Positions 50,949-59,785 of a stretch of DNA of 64,000 nt are shown piece by piece. Where the stretch lies: positions 197,046 to 261,045 of the forward strand of contig CAVXWV010000010.1 of the NCBI GenBank assembly GCA_963765565.1, given 5' to 3'. The DNA comes from an uncultured Chloroflexia bacterium. GTDB lineage: Bacteria; Chloroflexota; Anaerolineae; Anaerolineales; UBA4823. The translations under genes and the position numbers were made by a program. Numbering within the stretch: position 1 is the stretch's first letter; the number at the start of each line of letters is the position of its first letter. The notes under the pieces were generated by a model, which saw only the letters and a program-made list of their open reading frames with translations, made no database searches and had not been told where the DNA came from.

Positions 50949-52456
50949 ATGAACGTTTACGACGCGCAAGGGAAATCAATCGGGCTCGCTGAAAGCGTCG
51001 GCCGTGGTGGGGAGGCCACTGTTTACCGCGTGCGCGGCCAGACGGGCTGGCTGGCAAAGATCTACGAGCAAGGTCCTCGCCCGAATTACGCCGAAAAGCT
51101 GGCCTGGATGATCGACCACCCGCCCGAGAATCCCACTCGCGCGATCGCCCACTCCTCGCTGGCCTGGCCCACCGGCTTGCTGTACGATTCGAAAGACAGG
51201 CTGGCCGGGTACATGATGCCGCATATCCACGCCGCCGTTCCCATGCTGGACGTCTTCAACCCGCGCCGCCGCCAGGCGACCCTGCCGCGTTTCGACCGGC
51301 GCTACCTGCACCGCACCGCCCGCAACCTGTCTGCCACGCTCAGCGCTCTGCATGCGCGCGGCTACGTGGTCGGCGACCTGAATGAGAGCAATGTGCTCGT
51401 CACCCCCTCGGCCCTGATCAGCCTGATCGACACGGACTCGTTCCAGGTTCAGGAAGTGCTTCCAGGTACAGGCAGGCATGGCAAACAAATCGTGTTTCAC
51501 CCTTGCCCGGTCGGCAAGCTGGAGTACACCCCGCCTGAGCTGCATGGCCAGGCCATCGGCAGCATCGTGCGCCAAGCCAGAGCACGATGCCTTTGCCCTG
51601 GGCGTGCTCATCTTCCAGCTCCTGATGGAGGGCAGCCACCCCTTCCGCGCCCAATGGCTGGGCAGCGGCGACCCGCCGCCCGTCGAAGCTCGCATTAGCC
51701 AGGGCATTTTCCCTTACGCAGCGATCCCCGACTCAAGGGTCCGCCCGCCCAAAGGCGCCCCGGACCTCAACCGGCTGCATCCGGCCCTGGTCGAGTTGGT
51801 CTTTCGCTGCTTCATAGACGGGCATACGGATGCGCGGCAGCGCCCTCTTCCCGAGCAGTGGGAGCAGGCTCTGGCCACGGCTGAAATTGCCCTGGTGCAG
51901 TGCCCGAACAGCCACCTGTACTCAAATCACCTGAGCGTGTGCCCGCATTGCCGGACAGCAGCAGCCACCTCGAAGACAGATGCTGCCAGGCAGCCGGCCT
52001 CTGCGCCCGCTGGCGCCCCCCAGAGCACTCCTAGGGCCTCTTGGCGCTCTCCTGGCGTCTCCCAGCGTTCTTCTGGGACAACCCAGCGATCTCCTGGGAC
52101 CCCTCCTGCAGGACAGAAGCCTCCAAAACAACAATCAAAGCCACGGACGCAACCTCGGACGCAACCGCGTCCGCAATCACGCCCAGCAGGACCAAATCCA
52201 GCTTTCCGCAGCCGCCGGTCCTCTTCAACCAACCCGGGTTTCAACTGGCAGGCATTTATCGCTTCACGCATGAATGCTCCCTGGCCCCGGGCTTCTTATC
52301 CCTCCGGGGTAGCTTACCCCACCGGGGCACCTTACCCATCAAGCCCGCCTTCACCCCCACCTTCCCGGCCGTATCCTGGGGCTCAGCCCTGGCGCGGGTT
52401 CACATACCATCCTGGAAGCGTGCAGAGCCTGGGTCAGCCCGCGCCTCTCGAAAAGC
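50949..52456 (+). CDS. Ser/Thr protein kinase-like protein with zinc-ribbon and Pro-rich tail, one frame break near 51575
   Basis: Track ORFs 50949..51698 and 51478..52935. GRGGEATVYRV..WLAKIY, GYVVGDLNESNVLV, IDTDSF, then KPEHDAFALGVLIFQLLMEGSHPF. CPNSHLYSNHLSVCPHC follows, then P/Q/S/R-rich sequence to about 52450. Confidence 0.7.
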
Positions 52457-52459
52457 GTT

Positions 52460-53092
52460 TTGGTTGGCGGCGGGCTGGGCGCCCTGATCGGAGCCTTGAT
52501 CGGTGGCCTGGCCGGGTTGGCAAGCGCCTCGCTGGGCGAGATCGCGGCCTGGACCCTGCTGTGGGCGCTGGGCGGGGCGGCAGCCGGCGTGTCGCGCGGC
52601 TGGAAGCCCGGTTACAGGATGAGCATGTGGGTCGACCGGAATATTGGCTGGCACCGCTTGCTGCCGGTATTTGGTTTGCTGGCGGGCGCGATGCTCGGGA
52701 TGCTCTTAGGATTTATCATTGGCTGGTGGGCGATCATACCGGTGTTTGTGGGTATGTTCTACGGGGCGCGCCTGGGGAAGCGGGCCGGGCACAAGGTAGT
52801 CGTAATGGGCAGCCGCATTGGCTGGGACCGCCTGTGGGCCGGGTTCAGCGCGGGGGTTGCCGCCCTGGTTGGATTGAGGATAGCCGTCTGGCTGGGTGGG
52901 GGTCCCGTGGGCAGCCTGGTCGCTCAGGGCGCTGATTCGCTATCCGCCTGGCTTTTAGGAATGCTTTCAGGGAGCGCACCAGACATGCTGATAACTGCCG
53001 TGGTCAGCGGCGCGTTGTGCGGTGGGCTGGCCGGCGCCGTTACGGGTGTCCTCACCGATCTCGTCGCTCGCCTCTCCGGCCTGGTGGATTGA
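52460..53092 (+). CDS. Glycine-zipper-rich membrane domain (separate gene or C-terminus of the kinase via a frame break near 52455)
   Basis: 210-aa ORF with only a TTG start. GGGLGALIGALIGGLAGLA and several further G-x3-G helices. Its frame is open from 52313, and the kinase frame loses protein-like character exactly here. Confidence 0.55.
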   Translation: MVGGGLGALIGALIGGLAGLASASLGEIAAWTLLWALGGAAAGVSRGWKPGYRMSMWVDRNIGWHRLLPVFGLLAGAMLGMLLGFIIGWWAIIPVFVGMFYGARLGKRAGHKVVVMGSRIGWDRLWAGFSAGVAALVGLRIAVWLGGGPVGSLVAQGADSLSAWLLGMLSGSAPDMLITAVVSGALCGGLAGAVTGVLTDLVARLSGLVD

Positions 53093-53332
53093 AATCAGGC
53101 AGCATTCCCGGCGGTAAAAGAGGAACAAATAAAACAATGAGGGACAAATCCGGGGCACGGGTGAGGGGGTCGAGGAGGCCAGCAAGCTGACCGTAAGCAG
53201 CGCCAGCGCCATCACATCCTGCTTTGCGCGCTTGTCCAGGTTCTCGTACCAGCCGGCGACCCCCGGGAAGTACTCAAACAAGATACTCAGCACAATACCG
53301 GCAATCACAGAAATATCCAGGTTATTCTCCAT
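52967..53332 (-). CDS. Possible small membrane protein (hypothetical)
   Basis: ATG 53332 after ggagg gives MENNLDISVIAGIVLSILFEYFPGVAGWYENLDKRAKQDVMALALLTVSL. The distal part overlaps the previous gene and is probably not real. Confidence 0.25.
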   Translation of the reverse strand: MENNLDISVIAGIVLSILFEYFPGVAGWYENLDKRAKQDVMALALLTVSLLASSTPSPVPRICPSLFYLFLFYRRECCLISIHQAGEASDEIGEDTRNGAGQPTAQRAADHGSYQHVWCAP

Positions 53333-53527
53333 TTTTCCTCCATTTTCATCACTAATCCAACTAAATCGAACGCTCAAAGGAGTTTTAGCAGGAAACAGGA
53401 ATAATTCCACCCATCTGTACACTTTTGCTTGAAGTCCGGAGATGGATTGTGAAAATCATCATTAACTTGACTCCACCCTCTTAATTTACTACCCTTGAGT
53501 CGTACAGGTTTCCCAAGGGAGGGTAAA

Positions 53528-54604
53528 ATGAACACCTTAAATACCAGGATGAAGATCATCCTCATATTTGCTTTGATTCCGCTGCTGGCCCTCGCCGGCT
53601 GCCAGCCTGCCCCTGCCTCAGCGCCGCCAGCTACTTCAACCCGCTTGCCCACCGACACGCCAACTCCAGATCCTACACCCACCCAAGGGGCAAAAGCTAC
53701 GCAGCCTGCCCCTGCTTCTTTCCATGTTGAATGTCAACCTGGCCTGAAAGGGAAAATTATTTTTAGTGTGTATATTAATCACCTCGCGTCGTGGTACGAA
53801 GTCAACGCCGATGGTACTGGGCTGAGAGGGTTGCCTGGCCCGTGGGGAGATGATATTTACTGGTCGCCAGATGGCAGTCAGGTCGCATTTACCGATGGCG
53901 ATCTCTACGTTAGGCATATCGATAGCTCCGAGCCAACCTTGCTGATGGAAAAAGCCGAATTCCCGAGCTGGTCGCCGGACAGTCGCAGGATTGCCTTTCA
54001 AAAGGATGATGCCATCTATGTCGTCAACATCGATGGAACGGGGCTGACCGAGTTGGTACCGAATGGGTATTGCCCGATCTGGTCGCCAGATGGTGGGAAG
54101 ATTGCCTTTTCTTCGATATATGCAGCTGTTTGTGGATCTAAGTTTTATGTTGATCTATATGTCATGAACGCTGACGGCTCTGGAAAACCCGTATTGGTCG
54201 TACCAGGGCAATCGATGCTGATTGCTTGGTCACCGGATGGGAAACAGATTGCCTACCTTATTGATGATCTGATCGTGGTGAACGCTGATGGCTCGAACAA
54301 AACCTTTGTAAAAGAGGATTTAAATTCTATCAATGTATTTTCCTGGTCGCCGGATGGCTGCAAGATCGCTTATGCGGGAGGTAATGGGCTTTCTGTGATC
54401 ACTCTCGACGGTTCTGGCGAAACCGAAAAGGTAGATAGTTTTCCTTATTTTGCCTGGTCTCCCGATGGCGAGAAGATCGTCTATTCTTTAAATTCACATA
54501 CACTCGGGATAATTGGCGCTGATGGCAAAACCAGGATTAATAACTTTATTATTACTCCCGGGGGTGGGAGTACTCAAATCGGCGGCTATATCTGGCTTCC
54601 ATGA
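53528..54604 (+). CDS. PD40 (TolB-like) beta-propeller lipoprotein
   Basis: Track ORF 53495..54604; ATG 53528. Lipobox LLALAGC and six WSPDG-type blades (WSPDGSQVAF, WSPDSRRIAF, WSPDGGKIAF, WSPDGKQIAY, WSPDGCKIAY, WSPDGEKIVY). Confidence 0.85.
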   Translation: MNTLNTRMKIILIFALIPLLALAGCQPAPASAPPATSTRLPTDTPTPDPTPTQGAKATQPAPASFHVECQPGLKGKIIFSVYINHLASWYEVNADGTGLRGLPGPWGDDIYWSPDGSQVAFTDGDLYVRHIDSSEPTLLMEKAEFPSWSPDSRRIAFQKDDAIYVVNIDGTGLTELVPNGYCPIWSPDGGKIAFSSIYAAVCGSKFYVDLYVMNADGSGKPVLVVPGQSMLIAWSPDGKQIAYLIDDLIVVNADGSNKTFVKEDLNSINVFSWSPDGCKIAYAGGNGLSVITLDGSGETEKVDSFPYFAWSPDGEKIVYSLNSHTLGIIGADGKTRINNFIITPGGGSTQIGGYIWLP

Positions 54605-54658
54605 CTGCACGGACGACCGGACGTACGGACGATCTTTGTCCGCAGTGTCCGCCTTGCC

Positions 54659-54934
54659 TTATTGGCAATCCGTGCACAGCTTCCAGACCTGGGCGCCGGC
54701 GGGTTCATTTCCTCCGCCAAAATACAGGTCGCCCTTGAATTCGACCGTTGGGTTAAAGTTTATTAAATCTGGGTTGCTATTGCCGTGGCTGTCAGCCTTC
54801 ACCTGGCTCCAGGTCTCGCCATCCGGGGAATAGTACAGGTTGACCCCGGATGCCTCGGATACATTCGCAAACAGGTTGCCGTCGTATACGAACAGGGCGC
54901 TGAAGTTTAAGATTTGAAACGCGAGTTCAGACAA
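54659..54934 (-). pseudogene. Possible C-terminal fragment of a beta-propeller protein
   Basis: 91-aa ORF with no credible start or upstream part. YYSPDGETWSQV...GDLYFGGG resembles propeller blades. Confidence 0.25.
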
Positions 54935-55014
54935 GAGTTCGGACTAAGTGTAGATGTTTCCTCCGTGTTCGTCAATTGTCCGAAAAAGACCCCTCTTGAT
55001 TAATAGTATCGTTT

Positions 55015-55026
55015 TATGATATCATA
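55015..55026. promoter_or_regulatory. Perfect 12-bp palindrome TATGATATCATA just upstream of hicA (candidate HicB operator overlapping -10)
   Basis: Read directly. Preceded by TTGATT at 54997-55002. Confidence 0.4.
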
Positions 55027-55031
55027 TACTT

Positions 55032-55286
55032 GTGGATAACAGGCATCGCAGGACATTAGCTGCCATTTATGAGAGACCTGATAGAGCAAATATTGCCTGG
55101 AAGGATATTGAAGCGCTTCTTAATGGGTTAGGTGCTGAAATATCAGAAGGCAGCGGTTCCAGAGTGCGGGTTTCTCTCAGGGACGTCAGGGCCGTTTTTC
55201 ACCGGCCTCATCCACACAAAGAAACAAGTAAAGGAGCCGTGAAATCCGTTCGCAGGTTCCTGGAAGCAGCAGGAGTAAAGCCATGA
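55032..55286 (+). CDS. hicA: HicA-family type II toxin
   Basis: 84-aa ORF (GTG start). IAWKDIEALLNGLGAEISEGSGSRVRV...FHRPHPHKE matches the HicA pattern. Its stop overlaps the hicB ATG (ATGA). Confidence 0.75.
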   Translation: MDNRHRRTLAAIYERPDRANIAWKDIEALLNGLGAEISEGSGSRVRVSLRDVRAVFHRPHPHKETSKGAVKSVRRFLEAAGVKP

Positions 55287-55612
55287 TGGAGTATAAAGGG
55301 TATATCGGTAAAGTTGAGATCGACGATGAAGCCGGGATTTTATATGGGGAAGTGATTAATATTCGCGACGTCATCACGTTTGAAGGTGAAAGCGTCGAGG
55401 ATGTCCAGAAAGCATTCCATGAGTCGGTGGACGATTACCTGGCCTTCTGCGCGGAGCGCGGTGAAAGCCCAGAAAAACCCTTCTCAGGCAGGTTTGTGGT
55501 GCGGTTACCGGCCGAATTGCACCGGAAGGCCTATATCAAGGCAAAATTGGTCGATAAAAGTCTGAACGGTTGGGTAAATGAGGTGATCGAAACAGCGCTC
55601 CGAGGTGAGTAG
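55283..55612 (+). CDS. hicB: HicB-family type II antitoxin
   Basis: 109-aa ORF. YKGYIGKVEIDDEAGILYGEV...FEGESVEDVQKAFHESVDDYLAFC plus a C-terminal RHH-like FSGRFVVRLPAELHRKA. Confidence 0.85.
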   Translation: MMEYKGYIGKVEIDDEAGILYGEVINIRDVITFEGESVEDVQKAFHESVDDYLAFCAERGESPEKPFSGRFVVRLPAELHRKAYIKAKLVDKSLNGWVNEVIETALRGE

Positions 55613-55729
55613 GGCACCTTTCGAGTTGCCTCAGCGCGTCCAGGAATAAATACCGAGTAGCCATCCACCCGCAATAGTTATCGCCTGCTAAAGCAAATAT
55701 TCCACAATCGATGGATGGTAAGGAGAGCG

Positions 55730-55966
55730 ATGGACTTTGAGAACTGTATTGGTGCTGACTTCGACAATGTCTCACAGCGGCTGGTCTACAACTACATTGC
55801 CACTCAGCCCGACTTCCGCTCCATCCCCACGGTTTACCGTGGCAAGCTCGTCAAGATGTGCTACTATTTCAAGTACATCCACACGCGCGAGCTGACCCAT
55901 ACCATCCTCGAGGCGGCGACGGCACTGTACGCCTGGGTGGACAACCACTACGAGGTTGCCACCTGA
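55730..55966 (+). CDS. Hypothetical cassette ORF
   Basis: Track ORF 55715..55966; ATG 55730 after aaggag. Its 3' end overlaps the attC-like site at 55939-55999. Confidence 0.4.
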   Translation: MDFENCIGADFDNVSQRLVYNYIATQPDFRSIPTVYRGKLVKMCYYFKYIHTRELTHTILEAATALYAWVDNHYEVAT

Positions 55967-55999
55967 GCCCCAGACCGCCGCTGAACCCGACCGTTAGCC
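55939..55999 (+). other. attC-like recombination site 1
   Basis: GGACAAC...GTTAGCC, 61 bp. The right arm ccgccgctgaacccgaccGTTAGCC is nearly identical to that of the 57993 site. Confidence 0.55.
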
Positions 56000-56043
56000 C
56001 GCTGCCTCCGTGCGGGGATCTCGAGAGTACAAGAGGAGTCAAG

Positions 56044-56697
56044 ATGAGAGTGGGTCCAGGCGAATCCCAGGTTGGCCGGTGGAAGGTCATTCGGATAAGC
56101 GAGTTGATCGAACAGGTCCTTGGTGCAAATCCCGCGACGACGCAGGGCGCAAGGATTGTGGCTGTTGATGGCCGTAGTGGCGGGGGCAAGTCCACATTGG
56201 CAAACCAGCTGCATAGGTATCTGGCCAATTCCACGATCGTACACACAGACGACGTAGCCTGGCATCACTCGTACTTTGGCTGGAGCGAGTTGTTGATCGA
56301 CGGCGTGCTGCGACCCGTTCGCTCCAATCAACCCGTGAACTTCCGCCCGCCGGCCTGGGACAGTCGTCGACGCCCGGGTTCGATCTCAGTAGACGCAGGC
56401 TGTGAAGTCGTCATTGTTGAAGGTGTGGGTGCGAGTCGCCTCGAAGTCTGGCCATGGCTGACGGCATCTATCTGGATCCAATCGGACATGGATGAGGCGG
56501 AACGTCGCGGCATTGCCCGCGACGGAGGCACTGAAGAGGCCAGACGGTTTTGGATGGATTGGATGAGAGAGGAAAACGAGTTCTTGGCGGAGCAACAGCC
56601 GTGGAGGCGTGCGTCGGCGATTGTGAACGGCACGCCAGCCATGGATTATGACACCGAGCAGGAAGTTGTCGTGGCTGATACGAGCCGTCAGGCGTAG
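56044..56697 (+). CDS. P-loop NTPase/kinase (uridine-kinase-like) cassette ORF
   Basis: Track ORF 55858..56697; ATG 56044 after aggag, 45 nt after the GTT core of attC 1. Walker A VDGRSGGGKSTLA. Confidence 0.65.
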   Translation: MRVGPGESQVGRWKVIRISELIEQVLGANPATTQGARIVAVDGRSGGGKSTLANQLHRYLANSTIVHTDDVAWHHSYFGWSELLIDGVLRPVRSNQPVNFRPPAWDSRRRPGSISVDAGCEVVIVEGVGASRLEVWPWLTASIWIQSDMDEAERRGIARDGGTEEARRFWMDWMREENEFLAEQQPWRRASAIVNGTPAMDYDTEQEVVVADTSRQA

Positions 56698-56714
56698 TAG
56701 GAAAGGAGTAGATC

Positions 56715-56951
56715 ATGGTGGTTACGCACTTGATAACACATGGACTATTCTTCGCGGTCATTTTTAATGGCTATCTCCTGCTTGTCATGGTCTTGACCAG
56801 CCCGCGCGTTTGGGGCTATACCGATTATCCAGAAGTGATAAAAAACAAATATAGGATGGTATTTCTAAAGTTGTGCCAGATGGCAAACACTTTATTCAGA
56901 ATCCGCCTAACCAACCCGTTAGCCGGACAGACCAAGTCTATTATCCTATGA
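56715..56951 (+). pseudogene. Truncated small membrane ORF
   Basis: The first ~45 aa look like a TM protein (HGLFFAVIFNGYLLLVMVL...WGYTDYPEVIK). The remainder runs through an attC remnant and looks non-coding. Confidence 0.25.
56905..56924 (+). other. Collapsed attC remnant (GCCTAAC-N6-GTTAGCC)
   Basis: Inverse core and core are separated by only 6 nt. The next ORF starts 43 nt downstream. Confidence 0.4.
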
Positions 56952-56966
56952 CCAGGAACGGCACAG

Positions 56967-57518
56967 TTGGAAACCTTCACAGAAACTAAAGCATTGGTAG
57001 AAAACCCGCATTACCAGGATCAAAGGCAGAAAAGCCTGGCTGGTCTCCACGATGGAATGATCGATAAACCCATAATTGAAGTGATCAACGCTTTTAACAA
57101 ACTGCCTTGTTGTTTCACACTACAATGCTGCTATGGACATTTTGTCTACGGCGGCCAGAATGATCCTCATAACCTCGAACCCTTGCCACTGACAGATACC
57201 ATTGCCAGAGTGGAGTACAGGATAGCTTACATCGCCCTCTGCATTGAAAACAGTGATTTGGGAAGGATGCTTTTTGATGCTTTGAAGGGAATTGCGGTTA
57301 TTGACCCAGAGAACATCCAGTTCTGTTGTGCAGAATGGTTTTGGGAAAGACAGCTCAATTCTTATGCGTTACAGGTCGAACCAGACAGGTTCAAGTTTGA
57401 AGACAAGGCTATCGTTGATTACGAAGAGGCTTTGAAAATTGAAAAGATACGAATTGAGTTCTTTGTTCGGTTAAAGGAGTTGCTTCAAAAACAGCAATGG
57501 AGAGATATGTCCGGCTAA
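56967..57518 (+). CDS. Hypothetical cassette ORF (183 aa, Cys-rich)
   Basis: Uninterrupted ORF (TTG start). No family recognised. Its stop lies inside the inverse core of the next attC. Confidence 0.45.
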   Translation: METFTETKALVENPHYQDQRQKSLAGLHDGMIDKPIIEVINAFNKLPCCFTLQCCYGHFVYGGQNDPHNLEPLPLTDTIARVEYRIAYIALCIENSDLGRMLFDALKGIAVIDPENIQFCCAEWFWERQLNSYALQVEPDRFKFEDKAIVDYEEALKIEKIRIEFFVRLKELLQKQQWRDMSG

Positions 57519-57572
57519 CAACGGGTTGCAGCCGACGTTGCTCCGCTATGCGGCTGAAACCGACCGTAACTA
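57513..57572 (+). other. attC-like site 3 (core degenerate: GTA instead of GTT)
   Basis: GGCTAACaacgggttgcagccgac...gcggctgaaaccgaccGTAACTA. The left arm is almost identical to the 57993 site. Confidence 0.55.
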
Positions 57573-57574
57573 GC

Positions 57575-57697
57575 GCCCAACAACGGCTCCACCTGACCGC
57601 CTCCGGCGGATGTACGGGTCGGCACTTTACCAACTTTCATGCTATGATGATTTTGTCGTCCCGTCAATCCGGCGGCAGGTGATCCAAACCGTTAGGC
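57575..57697 (+). other. attC-like site 4 (long, 123 bp)
   Basis: GCCCAACaacggctccacctgac...ggcaggtgatccaaaccGTTAGGC. Both arms are paralogous to the 59786 site. Confidence 0.55.
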
Positions 57698-57751
57698 GTC
57701 ACGGTGCCGTTACACGAGAATTCGAACGACAACCACAAAGGAGAACTTGCG

Positions 57752-57991
57752 ATGAAGACAATGACCTGCAGAGAGCTGGGCGGAGCGTGCGACTTGGAGT
57801 TTCATGCAAACACCTTCGAAGAGATGGCTCAGATGAGCCAAAACCACGGCAAGGAGATGTTTCAGAAGGGCGACAAGCCACATATACAGGCCATGGGCGA
57901 AATGAGAAACCTTATGCAATCTACGGACGGAATGGCCAAGTGGATGGAGGGCAAGCGGAAAGAGTTTGAAGCCAAGGCCGACAACAAATGA
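57752..57991 (+). CDS. DUF1059-family small protein (cassette ORF)
   Basis: ATG 57752 after aaaggag. MKTMTCRELGGACDLEFHANTFEEMAQMSQNHGKEMFQKGD is the DUF1059 pattern. Confidence 0.7.
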   Translation: MKTMTCRELGGACDLEFHANTFEEMAQMSQNHGKEMFQKGDKPHIQAMGEMRNLMQSTDGMAKWMEGKRKEFEAKADNK

Positions 57992-57992
57992 C

Positions 57993-58056
57993 GCCTAACA
58001 AACGGTTGCAGCGGACGGTCCGCTGCGCGTCCCGCCGCTGAACCGGAACGTTCGGC
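57993..58056 (+). other. attC-like site 5
   Basis: GCCTAACaaacggttgcagcgg...ccgccgctgaaccggaacGTTCGGC. The arms pair (cggttGcagcgg / ccgctgaaccg) with one bulged base. Confidence 0.7.
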
Positions 58057-58089
58057 GGCTTGAAGTCGACTTATAGTCTGGAGATGAAC

Positions 58090-58500
58090 ATGCCACGAAA
58101 AGCGAACAGTAAATTCAATGACATCCTGCCTGGTGGTGTTGACGAATACATAGAAAAATGCCCGAAGGACGTACAAGCCCGATTGACGGACATTCGGATT
58201 GCGATACAGGCGGCAGCTCCTGGTTCCACTGAAACGGTCAGCTATTTTCAGATGCCTGGATATTTTTATGAAGGATACGATTACAACGGAATGTTCGCTT
58301 GGTTTAGTTTTAAGAAACCCCATGTGCGTTTGCATGTTCGACCTCCAGTGCTGGAGGACAATAAGAAAGACCTTGGGGATTACGCCTATACAAAAGCTAT
58401 TATCAGCTTTCCGGCGAACAGGGCGATACCAAAGACATTGGTTAAGAAGCTGGTGAAAGCAAGCATTAAGGCAATGAAGCAGAAAAAGGAATCCGCATAA
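58090..58500 (+). CDS. DUF1801 (YdhG-like) protein (cassette ORF)
   Basis: Track ORF 58060..58500; ATG 58090 lies 8 nt after ggag. VDEYIEKCPKDVQARLTDIRIAIQAAAPGSTETVSY is the DUF1801 N-terminal pattern. Confidence 0.7.
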   Translation: MPRKANSKFNDILPGGVDEYIEKCPKDVQARLTDIRIAIQAAAPGSTETVSYFQMPGYFYEGYDYNGMFAWFSFKKPHVRLHVRPPVLEDNKKDLGDYAYTKAIISFPANRAIPKTLVKKLVKASIKAMKQKKESA

Positions 58501-58554
58501 CAATTCGCTCAAGCCGACACGCCTACGGCGCGCGGCTGAGCTTTTATGTTGGGC
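58495..58554 (+). other. attC-like site 6 (aadA-type 59-base-element look-alike)
   Basis: GCATAACaattcgctcaagccgacacgcctacggcgcgcggctgagcttttatGTTGGGC, 60 bp. Confidence 0.75.
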
Positions 58555-58557
58555 TAG

Positions 58558-58686
58558 GCGCAAAAACATGATGCTGCCCATTCATACATCCAGGTGATGG
58601 AAGACAACGCCCCGGCCCTGGCGCTATATGCTAAACTGGGCTACATAGTTGCTTATGATTACTGGTACCGAGTACCGCCAACCTGA
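58558..58686 (+). pseudogene. C-terminal remnant of a GNAT acetyltransferase
   Basis: Only ...[32 protein letters not shown] is present, immediately after an in-frame TAG. Confidence 0.55.
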
Positions 58687-58715
58687 ACATTCCTTCTTCA
58701 ATCAGGAGATTTCCC

Positions 58716-59660
58716 ATGGCCTTCTTGTCCTTACCCCAAAACCTGCGCGAACGCCGCCTTCAACAGCCTTCCGGAAAAATTCGCATGGTGCTGGATACCG
58801 ACACTTACAATGAAATTGATGACCAGTTCGCTTTGGTGTACGCCCTGCGCTCCCCTGAAAAACTGAGCGTAGAAGCCGTTTACGCCGCTCCATTCACCAA
58901 CGATCGCTCTACCGGCCCCGGCGACGGCATGGAAAAGAGTTACGACGAAATTTTACGCCTACTCGACCGGCTGCACCTTTCGCCCAATGGCTTCGCCTAC
59001 CGCGGTTCAACCGTCTACCTGGGGAGCCAACCCGAAGAAAGCCCCGCCGTTCTCGACCTGATCGAACGAGCGCTGGCCGCCCCCGAGGATGACCCGCTCT
59101 ACGTGGTAGCCATCGGAGCGATCACGAACGTCGCCTCGGCGCTGATGTTAGAACCAGAAATCATCCGTAAGATCGTAGTTGTCTGGATGGGTGGTCACCT
59201 CCAGGCCCTGCCCCATACCATCGAGTTCAACCTGATGCAAGATGTCCCCGCTGCCCGCGTCATCTTTGATAGTGGCGTACCGTTCGTGCAGGTGCCAGCC
59301 TTGGGGGTAGCATCACACTTGTTGACCACAAAAGCCGAACTGTTCGAATCCATTGCCGGGCGCAACCCCGTGTGTGATTTCCTGTACGAGCGCTTCTGCG
59401 AATACAGCATCGATCACTTCGCCTGGGCCAAAGAAATCTGGGATGTGGCTGCCGTCGGCTGGATGATCAATGAAAGCTGGGCACCTTCCCGCCTCGTCCC
59501 CAGCCCACGCCTGCTCGGTGAATGGCAGATGGATACTGGGCGAGGCCACCTGCACTTTGAGCCGGCCCCCGAACGCCACCTAATACGTGAATTATGGTCC
59601 TTACAACGCAACCCGATCTTCCGCGACTTGTTCATCAAGTTACAGGCAATCCCCGCGTGA
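58716..59660 (+). CDS. Nucleoside hydrolase (IUNH family)
   Basis: 314-aa ORF with the N-terminal aspartate cluster VLDTDTYNEIDDQFAL. Confidence 0.8.
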   Translation: MAFLSLPQNLRERRLQQPSGKIRMVLDTDTYNEIDDQFALVYALRSPEKLSVEAVYAAPFTNDRSTGPGDGMEKSYDEILRLLDRLHLSPNGFAYRGSTVYLGSQPEESPAVLDLIERALAAPEDDPLYVVAIGAITNVASALMLEPEIIRKIVVVWMGGHLQALPHTIEFNLMQDVPAARVIFDSGVPFVQVPALGVASHLLTTKAELFESIAGRNPVCDFLYERFCEYSIDHFAWAKEIWDVAAVGWMINESWAPSRLVPSPRLLGEWQMDTGRGHLHFEPAPERHLIRELWSLQRNPIFRDLFIKLQAIPA

Positions 59661-59785
59661 TAAAAAAATCACCTTTGCCAAATGTGGTCCTCTCTTTTTC
59701 TAGAGCAAATCATGCTCAAATAGTGAATTGGTGTTCCAGCGAAAGTAACCGAATGCCTGATAACCACAGTACAAAAGCAAAACCC

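Noticed and set aside
51478-52935. C-terminal third (after about 52450) of the 485-aa track ORF
   Set aside because: Beyond the Pro-rich region the translation becomes Arg/Gly-rich noise and overlaps the well-formed glycine-zipper ORF in the neighbouring frame. It is treated as a read-through artefact of a frame break.
54860-54950. Weak attC-like string (cgcaaac...gcgctgaag...gttcgga) left of hicAB
   Set aside because: The arms do not pair convincingly and the cores are poor. It also lies inside a possible gene fragment. It should be tested with a covariance model but is not claimed.
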